Both the position numbers and the translations under genes were made by a program. A DNA stretch of 64,000 bases from an uncultured virus (IMG/VR IMGVR_UViG_2517287023_000001) (lineage: Duplodnaviria > Heunggongvirae > Uroviricota > Caudoviricetes), in the IMG/VR virus record IMGVR_UViG_2517287023_000001; one strand, written 5' to 3'. Below are positions 39,830 through 49,302 of this stretch, piece by piece (position 1 is the stretch's first letter; each line of letters opens with the position of its first letter). The notes below the pieces were generated by a model. That model saw only the letters and a list, made by a program, of their open reading frames with translations. It searched no databases and was not told where the DNA came from.

Positions 39830-41040
39830 CTATCGTCCAGCTCCTTCCCTGCCAAGCACAGCCGCCAAATACTCGGTCACCGCGTACGCGCCGACCTTCT
39901 GCATCGGATGATCAATCCACCGCTCCGCCGCCCTCAGATAGTCCATGACGATTGTCGAGTGCCGCGACCACCGTCCGGCATCCGCGATGCCCTCGATCGT
40001 CGCCCCTCGGCGTCGCAGCTCGGAGGCTCCACCGACACGCAGCGAGTGAAACGTGTAGGTGCTGGCGTGCGGGATACCAGCGGCCAGCACCACCGACTGG
40101 AACGCCATGTTAAGGCCCCGTGTCGACATCCGGCCGCTACTGTGCACCCGACCCCGCCCGCGTAGATGCTCCACGTCCCACCCCGGACACCCGGTTGTGC
40201 TGGTCGACAGCCCGCAGCAGGGGAGAGGTCCGGGGGCGCCACGCCCGATCAGATACGCCGCCCGCGCCAACGTCGCCTCCACCGGGGCACAGCGCCGGGT
40301 GGTGGTCACCCGACTCGGACTGCCAGTGCGGGATCAACGGATGCTCCGCGCTCCGAGCGTCCCAGTCGTGCCAGTCCCGACGTGGCCGTCGTGGGTTGGC
40401 ACACTCGCTCTGAGGCGTCCTAGGACGCGCTACCCGATGTGCCCCACAACTTCCAACGCGTGCAGCGGCGCACGTACCGCTGGCCCGGCGCACCATGCTG
40501 AGGCATCAGTGAACGAGGGGATCGCGATTGCCGAGTCCGATGTGCCGGACATGCTCGCGAAGGGCCTTGAGTCGTACCTGACGCGGCCGGCGCTGGCCCG
40601 GTCAACGGCGGCGGGTTGGTTCATTCCGTGCGCTCCTGACGTCCTCACCGAGTGCCTGCAACACCTGGCGGAACGTAGACGGGCACCGTCCACGATCAAC
40701 AAGCACAAAGCCGCGATCATGGCGTGGCATCGTTGCACGGACAACCGGTTCCCGACGGCGTGCCCGCGCTAGGTGTGTGCAGCGCGAGCATGAGCGTACC
40801 TTGGCGCGGCAGGGTTGGGTCAAGAAGCGTTCTTCCGCGTTGCGGATCGAAGACGCGGTGCGGTGTCTCAGTGTGTGTGACCGTGCTACTCCTCGGGGGA
40901 ATGCGTGACGCCGCGATGGTTTTGTTGGGTTTCGCGGGTTTGCTACGGGTGTCTGAGGCGCGGTCAGTTGATATCGGGTGGGGCCGGTGAGGAGGCCGAA
41001 GGGCTGGCGTTGCTGCTACCGGGCACGAAGACCAGTCGAT
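39830..41040. pseudogene. Scrambled Cre-like tyrosine recombinase relic
   Basis: C-terminus HSLRVGG..GRW..DY on minus strand (39830-40309); APSTINKHKAAI and RDAAMVLLGFAGLLRVSE fragments on plus strand (40630-40990). Confidence 0.75.
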
Positions 41041-41266
41041 CCCCAGCCGGAGTGTCGTATCTGTCGCGATCAATCCGGACAGTGGCTTTCCGGCGTTCCC
41101 TCGCCGAAAGAGGGGGTCTGTGCGTCGCCTAGCTGACAGCCCATCGCGGAGGATTGCCTACGCACCGCGTGTGCCGGCAAGATAGCCCGCTGCGGCCCGG
41201 GGCGAAATCGGGGGCCAGGACCGGCCGCCCACAGTGGTCCGACGATCTGGCCCCTCATGGAGAGTC

Positions 41267-41686
41267 ATGCGTACGAAACTGTTCGTGGCCAGCCTCGCCG
41301 GCTTGACCGCGCTTGCCCTTGCGTGCTCCAGCGGCGGCACCGACGACACCGACAGTCAGGGGTCGCCGGAGCAGACCGACGCTCCCGCCACGGCCGAGAC
41401 CACCGACAGCACGGCGGAAAAGACGATCGTGTTGGAGGTCACCGGCCCCGACAACGCGCGTGTGAGCTGGGTTATCGGGGGCGACCAGTCGCAGGAGGCG
41501 AACGCGACCCTGCCGTGGAAGGAAGAACTCACGCAGGAAGAACCCATCTTGACCTCGGTCAGTGCGCAGATCAAGAGTGGTTCCGGTGAGATCACCTGCA
41601 AGATAACCATCGATGGTGAGGTGGTGGAGGAGAAGACGTCTCAGGGCGACTACGCGGTGGTGACCTGTACCGGCAACAGCTTCTGA
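41267..41686 (+). CDS. MmpS-like lipoprotein
   Basis: Lipobox ALAC; LPW and ITCKITIDGEVV...VTC. Confidence 0.75.
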   Translation: MRTKLFVASLAGLTALALACSSGGTDDTDSQGSPEQTDAPATAETTDSTAEKTIVLEVTGPDNARVSWVIGGDQSQEANATLPWKEELTQEEPILTSVSAQIKSGSGEITCKITIDGEVVEEKTSQGDYAVVTCTGNSF

Positions 41687-41751
41687 CCTGTCACACACAG
41701 GCAGCACCGGGGCGTAGATCGGTAGCTGCCGTGTGACGTACGGTACGGCTC

Positions 41752-42216
41752 ATGGCTCACGACGACAACGCCGCACCACGAGACCCGTCGGGATGCAGCC
41801 CGGATGAGCTAATCGACCTGCTCACCGTCGGCGCGAGATTCGGTGGCCGCCCGACGATGCAGGCCGCGGTGCACCTCCTGACGTTCACCGCGTTCCCACA
41901 CCAGCATGACGCGGTGAGCATGCTCGAATTCGACAACGACGACGACACGGACGCGCCGGTCACAGCCGCGTTCGTCCGCGACTGGCCCACGGTGGAGTCG
42001 ATCGCGGTCGCACGTCGGTGGGGCACCGGCGCGCAACGGCTGGTCGCCCTGGCCGTGAGCCTGGCCAGCGGTGAGCCCGTCGACCTACGCGACGCCGTCG
42101 TGGCAGGCGGCCACGCCCACGCCCGCCGCGTCATCGAGGCAATGGCGATCGCCACCGGCCACGACGAGATGCACGCGCTCACGCCGACAGCGACGCTCGA
42201 CCAGCTCATCGGGTGA
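41752..42216 (+). CDS. Hypothetical protein
   Basis: 154-aa ORF. Confidence 0.6.
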   Translation: MAHDDNAAPRDPSGCSPDELIDLLTVGARFGGRPTMQAAVHLLTFTAFPHQHDAVSMLEFDNDDDTDAPVTAAFVRDWPTVESIAVARRWGTGAQRLVALAVSLASGEPVDLRDAVVAGGHAHARRVIEAMAIATGHDEMHALTPTATLDQLIG

Positions 42217-42270
42217 CGGTGAGCACCTAGCGTACGGCTCGTTGACGTTGCCGTGACTAGGCGCACCTGG

Positions 42271-42789
42271 TCACGGCGTCACCACCACGCGGGAATCGGT
42301 CAGCTTCGCGGCCAGCCAGGGCGGTAGCGCCGCGATGGGCCGGTTCCGGCTGATCGTGTACGGGCGGCCGTCGACAACGGAGCCGGGGCCCACGAGGTAG
42401 CCGCCGAGACGGCGGCCGGGAGCGCGGACATCGATGCCGGGCCACCGGCCGATCGAGCTGGGCACCACGCCGGTTGGGGCGCGGAAGTACAGGTGCAGCC
42501 CGTGTGCGGTGGCCACGGTGAGGGTGTCCGGCCACGGCCAGCGTGCCGCGGCGCACAGCGCCCGCAGGGTGTCGACACCATCGACGCCGTGCTTGCGGTC
42601 CAGGTCCAGCCCGACCACGTTCGAGGCGCGGCAGGCAACACCGATGTTGACGCCATCGGGCCAGCCGGCGACTGTCGCGGGGTCGGTCGTGATCTGGCGT
42701 GACCAGCCCGGGGCGGCGCCCTTGGCGCCGGCCGGCAGCGGAAACACTGCCAGGCCGGCAGCCAGCGTGGGTCTGGGGTCAGTCCTCAT
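42271..42789 (-). CDS. Bifunctional DNA primase/polymerase N-terminal (Prim-Pol) domain protein
   Basis: VFPL, NIGVAC, LDLD, GLHLYF, GIDVR and GGYLVGPGS motifs. Confidence 0.85.
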   Translation of the reverse strand: MRTDPRPTLAAGLAVFPLPAGAKGAAPGWSRQITTDPATVAGWPDGVNIGVACRASNVVGLDLDRKHGVDGVDTLRALCAAARWPWPDTLTVATAHGLHLYFRAPTGVVPSSIGRWPGIDVRAPGRRLGGYLVGPGSVVDGRPYTISRNRPIAALPPWLAAKLTDSRVVVTP

Positions 42790-43279
42790 CGTCAACGTCG
42801 TCGTAGCAGGTGCAGTCGTAGTGGTTGCGCATGTCGCCGCCGCACTCCGGGCACTCGTGGAGTTCGCGGCGTTCGTCGTCGTCCATGAACTCCTCGTGCC
42901 GCCAGCCCGAGCATCCGCTGTTGTAGCAGCCGCAGCCGGGGCACTCGGGGCACACCATGCCGTTGGTCCACCCACACTCCTGGCACATGACCTGGTTAGC
43001 GGGGTCGTCGTAGGCGGCCTGAGCGACGGGGAAGGTCCAGTCGTTGCGTTGCGCAATGTCCTGTATCGCCTCCACCGCGGTGACGGCCGTGGTCTTGTCC
43101 TCGCCGGCGTGGACCATGCGCAGTGCGACGGCCGCGCGGAAGGCGTGGGCCTGACGCTCGGGCTCTGGCAGGGTCAGGGTGGCGATCACGCCCTGCCGGG
43201 CCTGGGTGTAAGTTTCGCCGGTGCTGTCGCGGCGCTGAGTCGCGGCGCGGGTGAGCTTGCGACTATTTTTCGGCATCAT
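42779..43279 (-). CDS. Hypothetical protein with Cys-rich C-terminus
   Basis: CQECGW..CPECPGCGC..C. Confidence 0.65.
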   Translation of the reverse strand: MMPKNSRKLTRAATQRRDSTGETYTQARQGVIATLTLPEPERQAHAFRAAVALRMVHAGEDKTTAVTAVEAIQDIAQRNDWTFPVAQAAYDDPANQVMCQECGWTNGMVCPECPGCGCYNSGCSGWRHEEFMDDDERRELHECPECGGDMRNHYDCTCYDDVDDED

Positions 43280-43669
43280 CGCTCGTTTCGCGGCCGGGGT
43301 ACGCCCACGCCCGACCCCAACCGACACGAGATCCAATGCCTGACAGCAGTGCGAGTGGGTGGGCGCTGAGTCTGCGACGTCTTCTCCGTTCGCGGCCCGC
43401 CCCCGGCGTGGCAGGGATGGGCTCCCGGATCGGCTGGCGCGGCAGCCGTGCGGGCAGTGTAGCGCAGCCGAGTCGATCAGGGCTCGGTCCGTTGCGGGCG
43501 GCGCGGTTTGAGGCGGACCGGTGGGCGTGCCGCTGAAGGCCCTTGCCGGACGGTGTGGGAGGGGAGGACCCCGCCCCTGTGCGGGCACGTCACCTACGTC
43601 GGGCCGCCCGTAGTGTGACGTGCCGGGGTCGCGTGCTTACTTCCACGACCCCGGACCGGGCCGGTCCGG

Positions 43670-43847
43670 GGTCAGTGAAGGGCGGGCAATGCCCGCTACA
43701 GATGATCGACCGGCGACAGCCTCAATTAAGGGCTGCAACCTGCCTCAATGAAGGGCAGGTATAACACACCCGCTACAGATAATCGGCGACAGCCCAGATT
43801 AAGGGCTGCAACTTGCCTCAATGAAGGGCGGGATCGAGTCCCGCTAC
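43670..43847 (-). CRISPR. Orphan CRISPR-like array: three degenerate type I-G (I-U)-like repeats with two near-identical structured spacers
   Basis: Minus-strand repeats GTAGCGGG-stem-CCCTTCATTGAGGC at 43815-43847, 43742-43776 and (divergent) 43670-43699; inter-repeat 38 and 42 nt. Confidence 0.65.
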
Positions 43848-44260
43848 GGCCAGAAGAGTATCACGTTGGGCCCTGGTGTGTGCTCTGTCTACCTGCCGCG
43901 TCAGGTCCGACCCGGCGCGCGCCAGCAGAAACGGGCAGGCCAGAAAGGCTGCGGTGGCGGCGTGGGAGGACCCCACCCCTGTGCGGGCATGTCACGGACG
44001 TTCGATTGAGGGAGTTCTGGGAGCGCTCGTGATTCCGGGTGGGTAGCGCCGGCCCCACCGGCCACGATGAGGCGTTTTTCCTGCTCACCACGCCCGACGA
44101 GCGTGCGTGCGGGCAGCATGACTGACCGTGGGGGGAGAACGGGGTGACGTACCCGCACAGGGGTGGGGTGGGTCGAGCGGTGTTGAGGCCGTCCCCACGC
44201 GCGTCGGTGTCGAGTCGCCCCCGGGCAAGGGGGCGACTCGAGCGACCCGACACCGGGGGG

Positions 44261-44581
44261 CTACTCGCCGTGGCGCGCTAGGAGTTGTTGCGCGGCTAGA
44301 AGGTCCGGGGTCCATCCAGTGTGTGTGCAGGCCAGGACGAAGCGGTCGCCCTCACGGCGTAGGGCGGGCTGGTAGTGCCAGCCCGCCGCGATGATGAGCA
44401 TCGTCGGGTCGGGCGCGAACTCTGCGGGCAGGGGCATGGTCTCGCCCGTGCGGGCGAGCAGGTCGAGTACCGCGCGCCATGCCCGGTACTCCGCTCCTAG
44501 CTCGTTGAGGTCCACGGGGTCGGTGCCGTCGAAGGCAGTCGGTGGGTGTGTGCCGGGCGAGGAGGGCACTGCGCTACTCAC
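44261..44581 (-). CDS. Hypothetical protein
   Basis: GTGA overlap with upstream gene. Confidence 0.55.
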   Translation of the reverse strand: MSSAVPSSPGTHPPTAFDGTDPVDLNELGAEYRAWRAVLDLLARTGETMPLPAEFAPDPTMLIIAAGWHYQPALRREGDRFVLACTHTGWTPDLLAAQQLLARHGE

Positions 44582-45123
44582 TGGGTCCCTCCTCCTGGTC
44601 GTGGCCGCCCGTATCGGTTTAGGTATGCCTGGTCCAGAAGGGCTGACGGTAGTAGCTGCTTCAACGCGAGGTCTACGATCTCCTGTCGGTTGAGTGCCTT
44701 ACCCGTGACCGGTGGGGTTACCAGGCGTAGTCGGACGGTGGCATCGAGCGCATCGATGACGTATTGAGGTAAGTTGAAGCCGGCGAGCTTGCGGTCAGTT
44801 TCTGGGTCCACCATGTGGGGGCCCACCATCGCGGCGAGCGACAGGGCCTGCGTCACATCCCCTGTTTGGGGGAGGTTAGTTAACTGGTTAACCACGCCGC
44901 CGGATTGTGCGGTGGTGGCTGGAGTCTGCGCCGGGGGTACTTCCTGAGGCTGCACGTTCGCCGGTTCCTGAGGCTGCGTGTACACGGGTTCCTGAGGGGC
45001 CGGCGGAGGCGAGGGTTGGGGTGGGGCTTGCCGCTGTACCGGCGAGGGCGGCGGGAGCGGCGGCGGCGGGGGCGGGACCATAGGTGAGGTTGCACCGGGA
45101 ACCGGCTTCTTTGTGGTCGCCAT
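44578..45123 (-). CDS. Probable RHH-type partition adaptor (ParG-like) with disordered Pro-rich N-terminus
   Basis: Directly downstream of parA; C-terminal KLAGFNLP..VIDAL...NRQEIVDLALKQLL fits a ribbon-helix-helix. Confidence 0.65.
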   Translation of the reverse strand: MATTKKPVPGATSPMVPPPPPPLPPPSPVQRQAPPQPSPPPAPQEPVYTQPQEPANVQPQEVPPAQTPATTAQSGGVVNQLTNLPQTGDVTQALSLAAMVGPHMVDPETDRKLAGFNLPQYVIDALDATVRLRLVTPPVTGKALNRQEIVDLALKQLLPSALLDQAYLNRYGRPRPGGGTQ

Positions 45124-45155
45124 GGGGATCTCCTCTCGTGGCTAGACAGTAACTT

Positions 45156-45986
45156 TCAGTAGCCGATGGCCTTGACGAGTTGTGCCGCGTGCGCGGCGAA
45201 CACGTCCTCGAGGCGACGTGCGGACGGGTGGTTGTACGCCTCCAACGGCTGGGCGTCGGACAGTGCGGCGGCGAGGGTGTCGTACAGCGGCACGGACGGC
45301 GTCCAGATGAGTTCTGGGCCCCCGGCGGCGGCGAAAGCCTGCGGAAGGTTTTCCTCCTGCACCCTGGCCGTGGCGGACAGTTCCCGGCGGGCTTTGGTCA
45401 CGACGACCCCGACGACTCTCACGTCTTCCAGGCCCATAAGAACCTTGTTGGCGTTGAGGTAGGACACCACGTTTACCCCACCTTCGACCGCGTCGTAGTC
45501 CAGCTCGACGGTGATCAAAAGTCCGTCCGCCGCGGCGAGGGCGACGGCCATGAGGTGGTCCATGCCGGGGTCGGTGTCGATGAGGACCACGTGCCGGTCC
45601 TCGGTCTGGCCGCGTAGAGCAGCGAACAGACGCCGTTCCGCGCCGGGCCTGCCCGCTTCCAAATTGCGGTTTTGCATGTTGATGGCGTTCAGGGAGGGCG
45701 CTACACGGATGTTGCCTGTCCAGGGGACATCCCACTCCACCGGGACCAGCGTCTGGTGGTAGGTGATGTTCTTGGTGGGGTCGATCAAGTCGGCGGTGCC
45801 CGGGTGACCGGCAGCCGCCAACGCAGCACGGTCGATGCCGAACCGTCTCGTGGTGTTGCCCTGGGGGGCCATGTCGGCCACGTCGACCTGCCAGCCGGCA
45901 CGCGCCAGCGCGCACGCCAGCTCCCGGCATTGCGCGCTCTTACCCACGCCGCCCTTGTTGGAGTTGATCAGGATGGTTGTTGCCAT
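45156..45986 (-). CDS. parA: ParA-family partition ATPase
   Basis: KGGVGKS, DMAPQGN and VLIDT motifs. Confidence 0.92.
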   Translation of the reverse strand: MATTILINSNKGGVGKSAQCRELACALARAGWQVDVADMAPQGNTTRRFGIDRAALAAAGHPGTADLIDPTKNITYHQTLVPVEWDVPWTGNIRVAPSLNAINMQNRNLEAGRPGAERRLFAALRGQTEDRHVVLIDTDPGMDHLMAVALAAADGLLITVELDYDAVEGGVNVVSYLNANKVLMGLEDVRVVGVVVTKARRELSATARVQEENLPQAFAAAGGPELIWTPSVPLYDTLAAALSDAQPLEAYNHPSARRLEDVFAAHAAQLVKAIGY

Positions 45987-46310
45987 GGGGGGTCCTAACT
46001 AGGGGTTGGTTCGGATGGATGCGGCGGCGCGTCAGCGCCGCCAAGGTGAAGGGGCCCCTTCGTGGCTGGCTGCGTCCCGTCGCAGCCTGCCCCGAGGCTC
46101 CCCACCGTAGAGGCGTTGTCGGTGGGGAGCGGAAGCACCCCATCATGCGCTCTGAGCAGGTGGTGAGTGCCGGAGGACACGCGGCCGGTGGTGACGTCCC
46201 CGCACAGGGGTGGGGTGATGTACCCGCACAGGGGTGGGGTGATGTCACTACCGGCCACGTGTCCTCCTCGCCTGGTCAACAGGGCTACGCCTCAGTTGGT
46301 AGATGGTGCC

Positions 46311-46934
46311 CTAGCTGTTGCTGCGGGTGATGTCATGGAAGAGCACATCTACCTGCCCCAGGTACTCCTTCGTGCTGCCGGTGTGCCCGCAACGGGTTGC
46401 GGCTATCCCCGCAGCGTGCACCAGCTCGGCGAGCTTGGCGGCTATGCCGCCATAGTTTTCGCGGGAGGGCCCGTCGATCTCTCCACTGGCCATCGCAAAG
46501 ACCCCGGTTGCGAGCTGTTGCGCTAGCGCCAGCAGCTTCCGTAGGTCCGTGCCCTCGAGAGATCCGAGGTTGGCTTTCCCGCAGCCAACCTCGGTCAGCA
46601 GAAACCAGTAGTTGTGCCCGTTGGGCTCCACCGAGAACCAGCCACCCCACACGCCGCGGCGCAGAGCCCATTGCAGACGGGTGGGGTTGCCCTCCACCTC
46701 GTCGTCGGGGCGCAGGAGTCCCGGAGGGACCGCACTGGCGATGGTCTGGTAGTCGGCTTGCCCGCCGAGCTGCCACAGCAGCTCGGCAATGAAGTTGAGT
46801 TCCCGGTCATCTGCCGTCCCCTCATCCTGAGGGGACGGTTGCGGAAGGTCTTCCTCAGTGACGGGGGTGTGCCTTGAGGCACGATCGGGTCTGAATCTGA
46901 AGATTGCCGCTAGGCGGTCATTAGTGCGAACCAT
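46311..46934 (-). CDS. Hypothetical protein (possible winged helix)
   Basis: Cassette-driven (operator 47007). Confidence 0.6.
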   Translation of the reverse strand: MVRTNDRLAAIFRFRPDRASRHTPVTEEDLPQPSPQDEGTADDRELNFIAELLWQLGGQADYQTIASAVPPGLLRPDDEVEGNPTRLQWALRRGVWGGWFSVEPNGHNYWFLLTEVGCGKANLGSLEGTDLRKLLALAQQLATGVFAMASGEIDGPSRENYGGIAAKLAELVHAAGIAATRCGHTGSTKEYLGQVDVLFHDITRSNS

Positions 46935-47284
46935 GGGTCGCCCTCTCGGATTGAGGATTGCGGTGGAGTTCCAGCACCCCACGCGCCACCCACATTAGCG
47001 GCCCAGTAGAAGTTATGCAACTAGCTTTGTTGGTTTTTCGCTGATACCGGTACTGGCCTCGGTTGCATCCTCCTTTCAGGGGAGGTTAGTTAACTGATTA
47101 ACTAACCTCCTCTGTGTGGACGCTTCATCCCGTCGAGTGCCCTACCAGTCACCCTCAGTAGAGGGTCTGGTAGCGGAGCAAGCGCCATGACAACCTGAAT
47201 ACGGGGGCACAACGCCCCTCCCTCTGACATCAGAGGGAGGGGCGTTAGCTCTGACCCTTACAGCCCCAGAGTGAGGAGCCTGCA

Positions 47285-47932
47285 ATGGGGGACGACATCA
47301 TCAATCCCTACTGGGATGCGGTGAGTGGCTACGTGGACCCAACCGGATCAATCCCTGGGGGCACACCGACCGTCGGTGGATTCGGGCTGACCCAGCACGG
47401 AGGGCAGGGCACCGTTACCGACTGGCTGTCTGTGCGTCAGACCTACGTCGCACGCTACTCCTGGACGATCACCGCCCCGGACACGCTCCGCTTCGTCGCC
47501 GCGCACTCCCAAGGTCACCTTCTGGACCCAATGGCAGGAACCGGCTACTGGGCGTGGCTGCTGGCGCAGGCCGGGGTCAACGTCGTCGCGTACGACCGAC
47601 ACCCGCCCACGCTGGGCTCTGACAGCAACCGGTGGCACCGAAACGTCGCCGCGCACTTCCCGGTCACGGAGGCAGACGCCGAGGACGCCGTTTCCTGGCA
47701 CCCTAGCCACACGCTGCTGGTGTCATGGCCGCCACTTGGCTACAACGCGAACGCGATCCTGGACGCCTACCAAGGCAACCGAGTCATCTATATCGGAGAG
47801 AAATATGGTTCGTGCGGTGATGATGACCTCTTCACCACGCTGGAGCAGCAGGGCTGGAAGCTCGTGGCTAGCTGTGTACCGGTGCGGTGGCACGGACTTC
47901 GAGACGTCGTGCAGGTCTACGACCGGAGCTAG
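47285..47932 (+). CDS. Class I SAM-dependent methyltransferase-like protein
   Basis: LLDPMAGTGYWA, VVAYD, LLVSWPP, YIGE. Confidence 0.8.
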   Translation: MGDDIINPYWDAVSGYVDPTGSIPGGTPTVGGFGLTQHGGQGTVTDWLSVRQTYVARYSWTITAPDTLRFVAAHSQGHLLDPMAGTGYWAWLLAQAGVNVVAYDRHPPTLGSDSNRWHRNVAAHFPVTEADAEDAVSWHPSHTLLVSWPPLGYNANAILDAYQGNRVIYIGEKYGSCGDDDLFTTLEQQGWKLVASCVPVRWHGLRDVVQVYDRS

Positions 47933-48000
47933 CCGTAGCCGCAGTGAGGTCATCAGCGACGCTGCAAGGTACAGACACTCAAGGTCTCCAAAACGTACAG

Positions 48001-48058
48001 CTAGTACTTACGGGTGAGGCTAGTTAACTGATTAACTAGCCTCACCCGTAAGTACTAG
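48001..48058. repeat. Perfect 27-bp-arm inverted repeat (58 bp)
   Basis: CTAGTACTTACGGGTGAGGCTAGTTAA-CTGA-exact reverse complement. Confidence 0.95.
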
Positions 48059-48150
48059 GCCCTCGACTTGGTGCGCCAGCTCTGAACGCACGCTGATACC
48101 TGTGGCGTAAGCGTGCGTTCAGAGCTGGCGCGTACTTCCTCGACTTGGGG

Positions 48151-49302
48151 CTACCCTGCGTCGGCTAGCGAGCGTTCTCGTTGCTGGGGGTCGTCCCACC
48201 ACACCCCGGACTTGCCGATAGCGCGAGACGGCTGGCGGTTGGCGCGTTCGCGTTGCCGGCGAGCGGTGATGTCGGACAGGACCGCTCGTGCAAGCGTCGC
48301 CCCTGTTGCCTCTGGCCAGACCTCGGCGTAGTCGGCGGACACGGGATCGCCCGGCGTCGCCGCCCCGGAGGGGCCGGCGGCGCGCACGCGGGCGGGGTCT
48401 TCATAGTGCGGGTCTTCATAGTGCGGGTCTTTAGTGGATGTACCCGTATCGGGGCGGGGTGTTGTGCCTGGGGAGGGCTGGGGTGAGGTGTACATGGGGG
48501 GGGCGGGTCCGGCGGGTTGTCCACACGTCGGCGGTTCGTCTGACCGTGCCGAGGTGAGATCTTCGACCGGAGGCGGGGGCATCGTGCCCGCGGCCTCGGC
48601 CGCTTCGGTGGCCTCGGCGCAGCGTTGTGCGTCGCTGACCGGCGTGTCCTGCTCTTCGGGGGTCAGGACGGCTTCCCACAGTCGAGCGGCCTGGGCCGGC
48701 GTGACCCGACGGGCGAGTGGCAGGATCAGTGTTTCCCTGCCGGGGCGGGCGTGGGTGAGGATGAGGCCGGCGTCGGTGAGTTCGCGGACGAGTCGCGGCA
48801 GGCTGTCGGGTCGGACCCGGATCAACTGGGCGAGTTCGCGGCGGGCTAGGGCGAGGGTGCCGCGTTGGGGGCACCGCTTCCACATGCACAGGGCGTAGAG
48901 ACGCCAGGCCAGGGCAGAGACTAGTGGGCCGGTGCTATCGTCGCCGATGCTCCATTCGGGGAGCTCGACGTAGGGCACGCCCGGGATTACCTGCCGTTCG
49001 GCGGTGAGTTTGCAGCCCCGCCGGCGGGAGATCATGAAGACGGGGGCGTCGGGCACCAGGGCACTGGTGGAGGCGTGTGGGCGGGCGAGTCGTCCTAGGC
49101 ACTTGGCGACGCCGGATTCGGAGAGGCCCAGCCGGCCCGCGTACCAGGCGCGGGAGGCGACGGCGGGGCCCCGGTGCCGGCCGGTCATCACGTCGACCAA
49201 GCCGAACAAATATAGATCGCTTGGGGAGTGGTGGGCAGACAGCACGAGCAGGACAGGTAGGCGGACACGCCGCCCCCTAACGGTCATCTCATCGGGGAGC
49301 AT
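48151..49302 (-). CDS. Putative replication initiator with tandem winged-helix domains
   Basis: Two HTH-like segments (SRAWYAGRLGLSESGVAKCL; RRELAQLIRVRPDSLPRLVRELTDAGLI); lies beside the par module. Confidence 0.55.
   Translation of the reverse strand: MLPDEMTVRGRRVRLPVLLVLSAHHSPSDLYLFGLVDVMTGRHRGPAVASRAWYAGRLGLSESGVAKCLGRLARPHASTSALVPDAPVFMISRRRGCKLTAERQVIPGVPYVELPEWSIGDDSTGPLVSALAWRLYALCMWKRCPQRGTLALARRELAQLIRVRPDSLPRLVRELTDAGLILTHARPGRETLILPLARRVTPAQAARLWEAVLTPEEQDTPVSDAQRCAEATEAAEAAGTMPPPPVEDLTSARSDEPPTCGQPAGPAPPMYTSPQPSPGTTPRPDTGTSTKDPHYEDPHYEDPARVRAAGPSGAATPGDPVSADYAEVWPEATGATLARAVLSDITARRQRERANRQPSRAIGKSGVWWDDPQQRERSLADAG

Noticed and set aside
43566..46248. CCCCACCCCTGTGCGGG motif as type I-E repeats
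   Set aside because: Imperfect stem, mixed orientation and 24-bp tandem spacing without spacers; better read as DNA-binding sites
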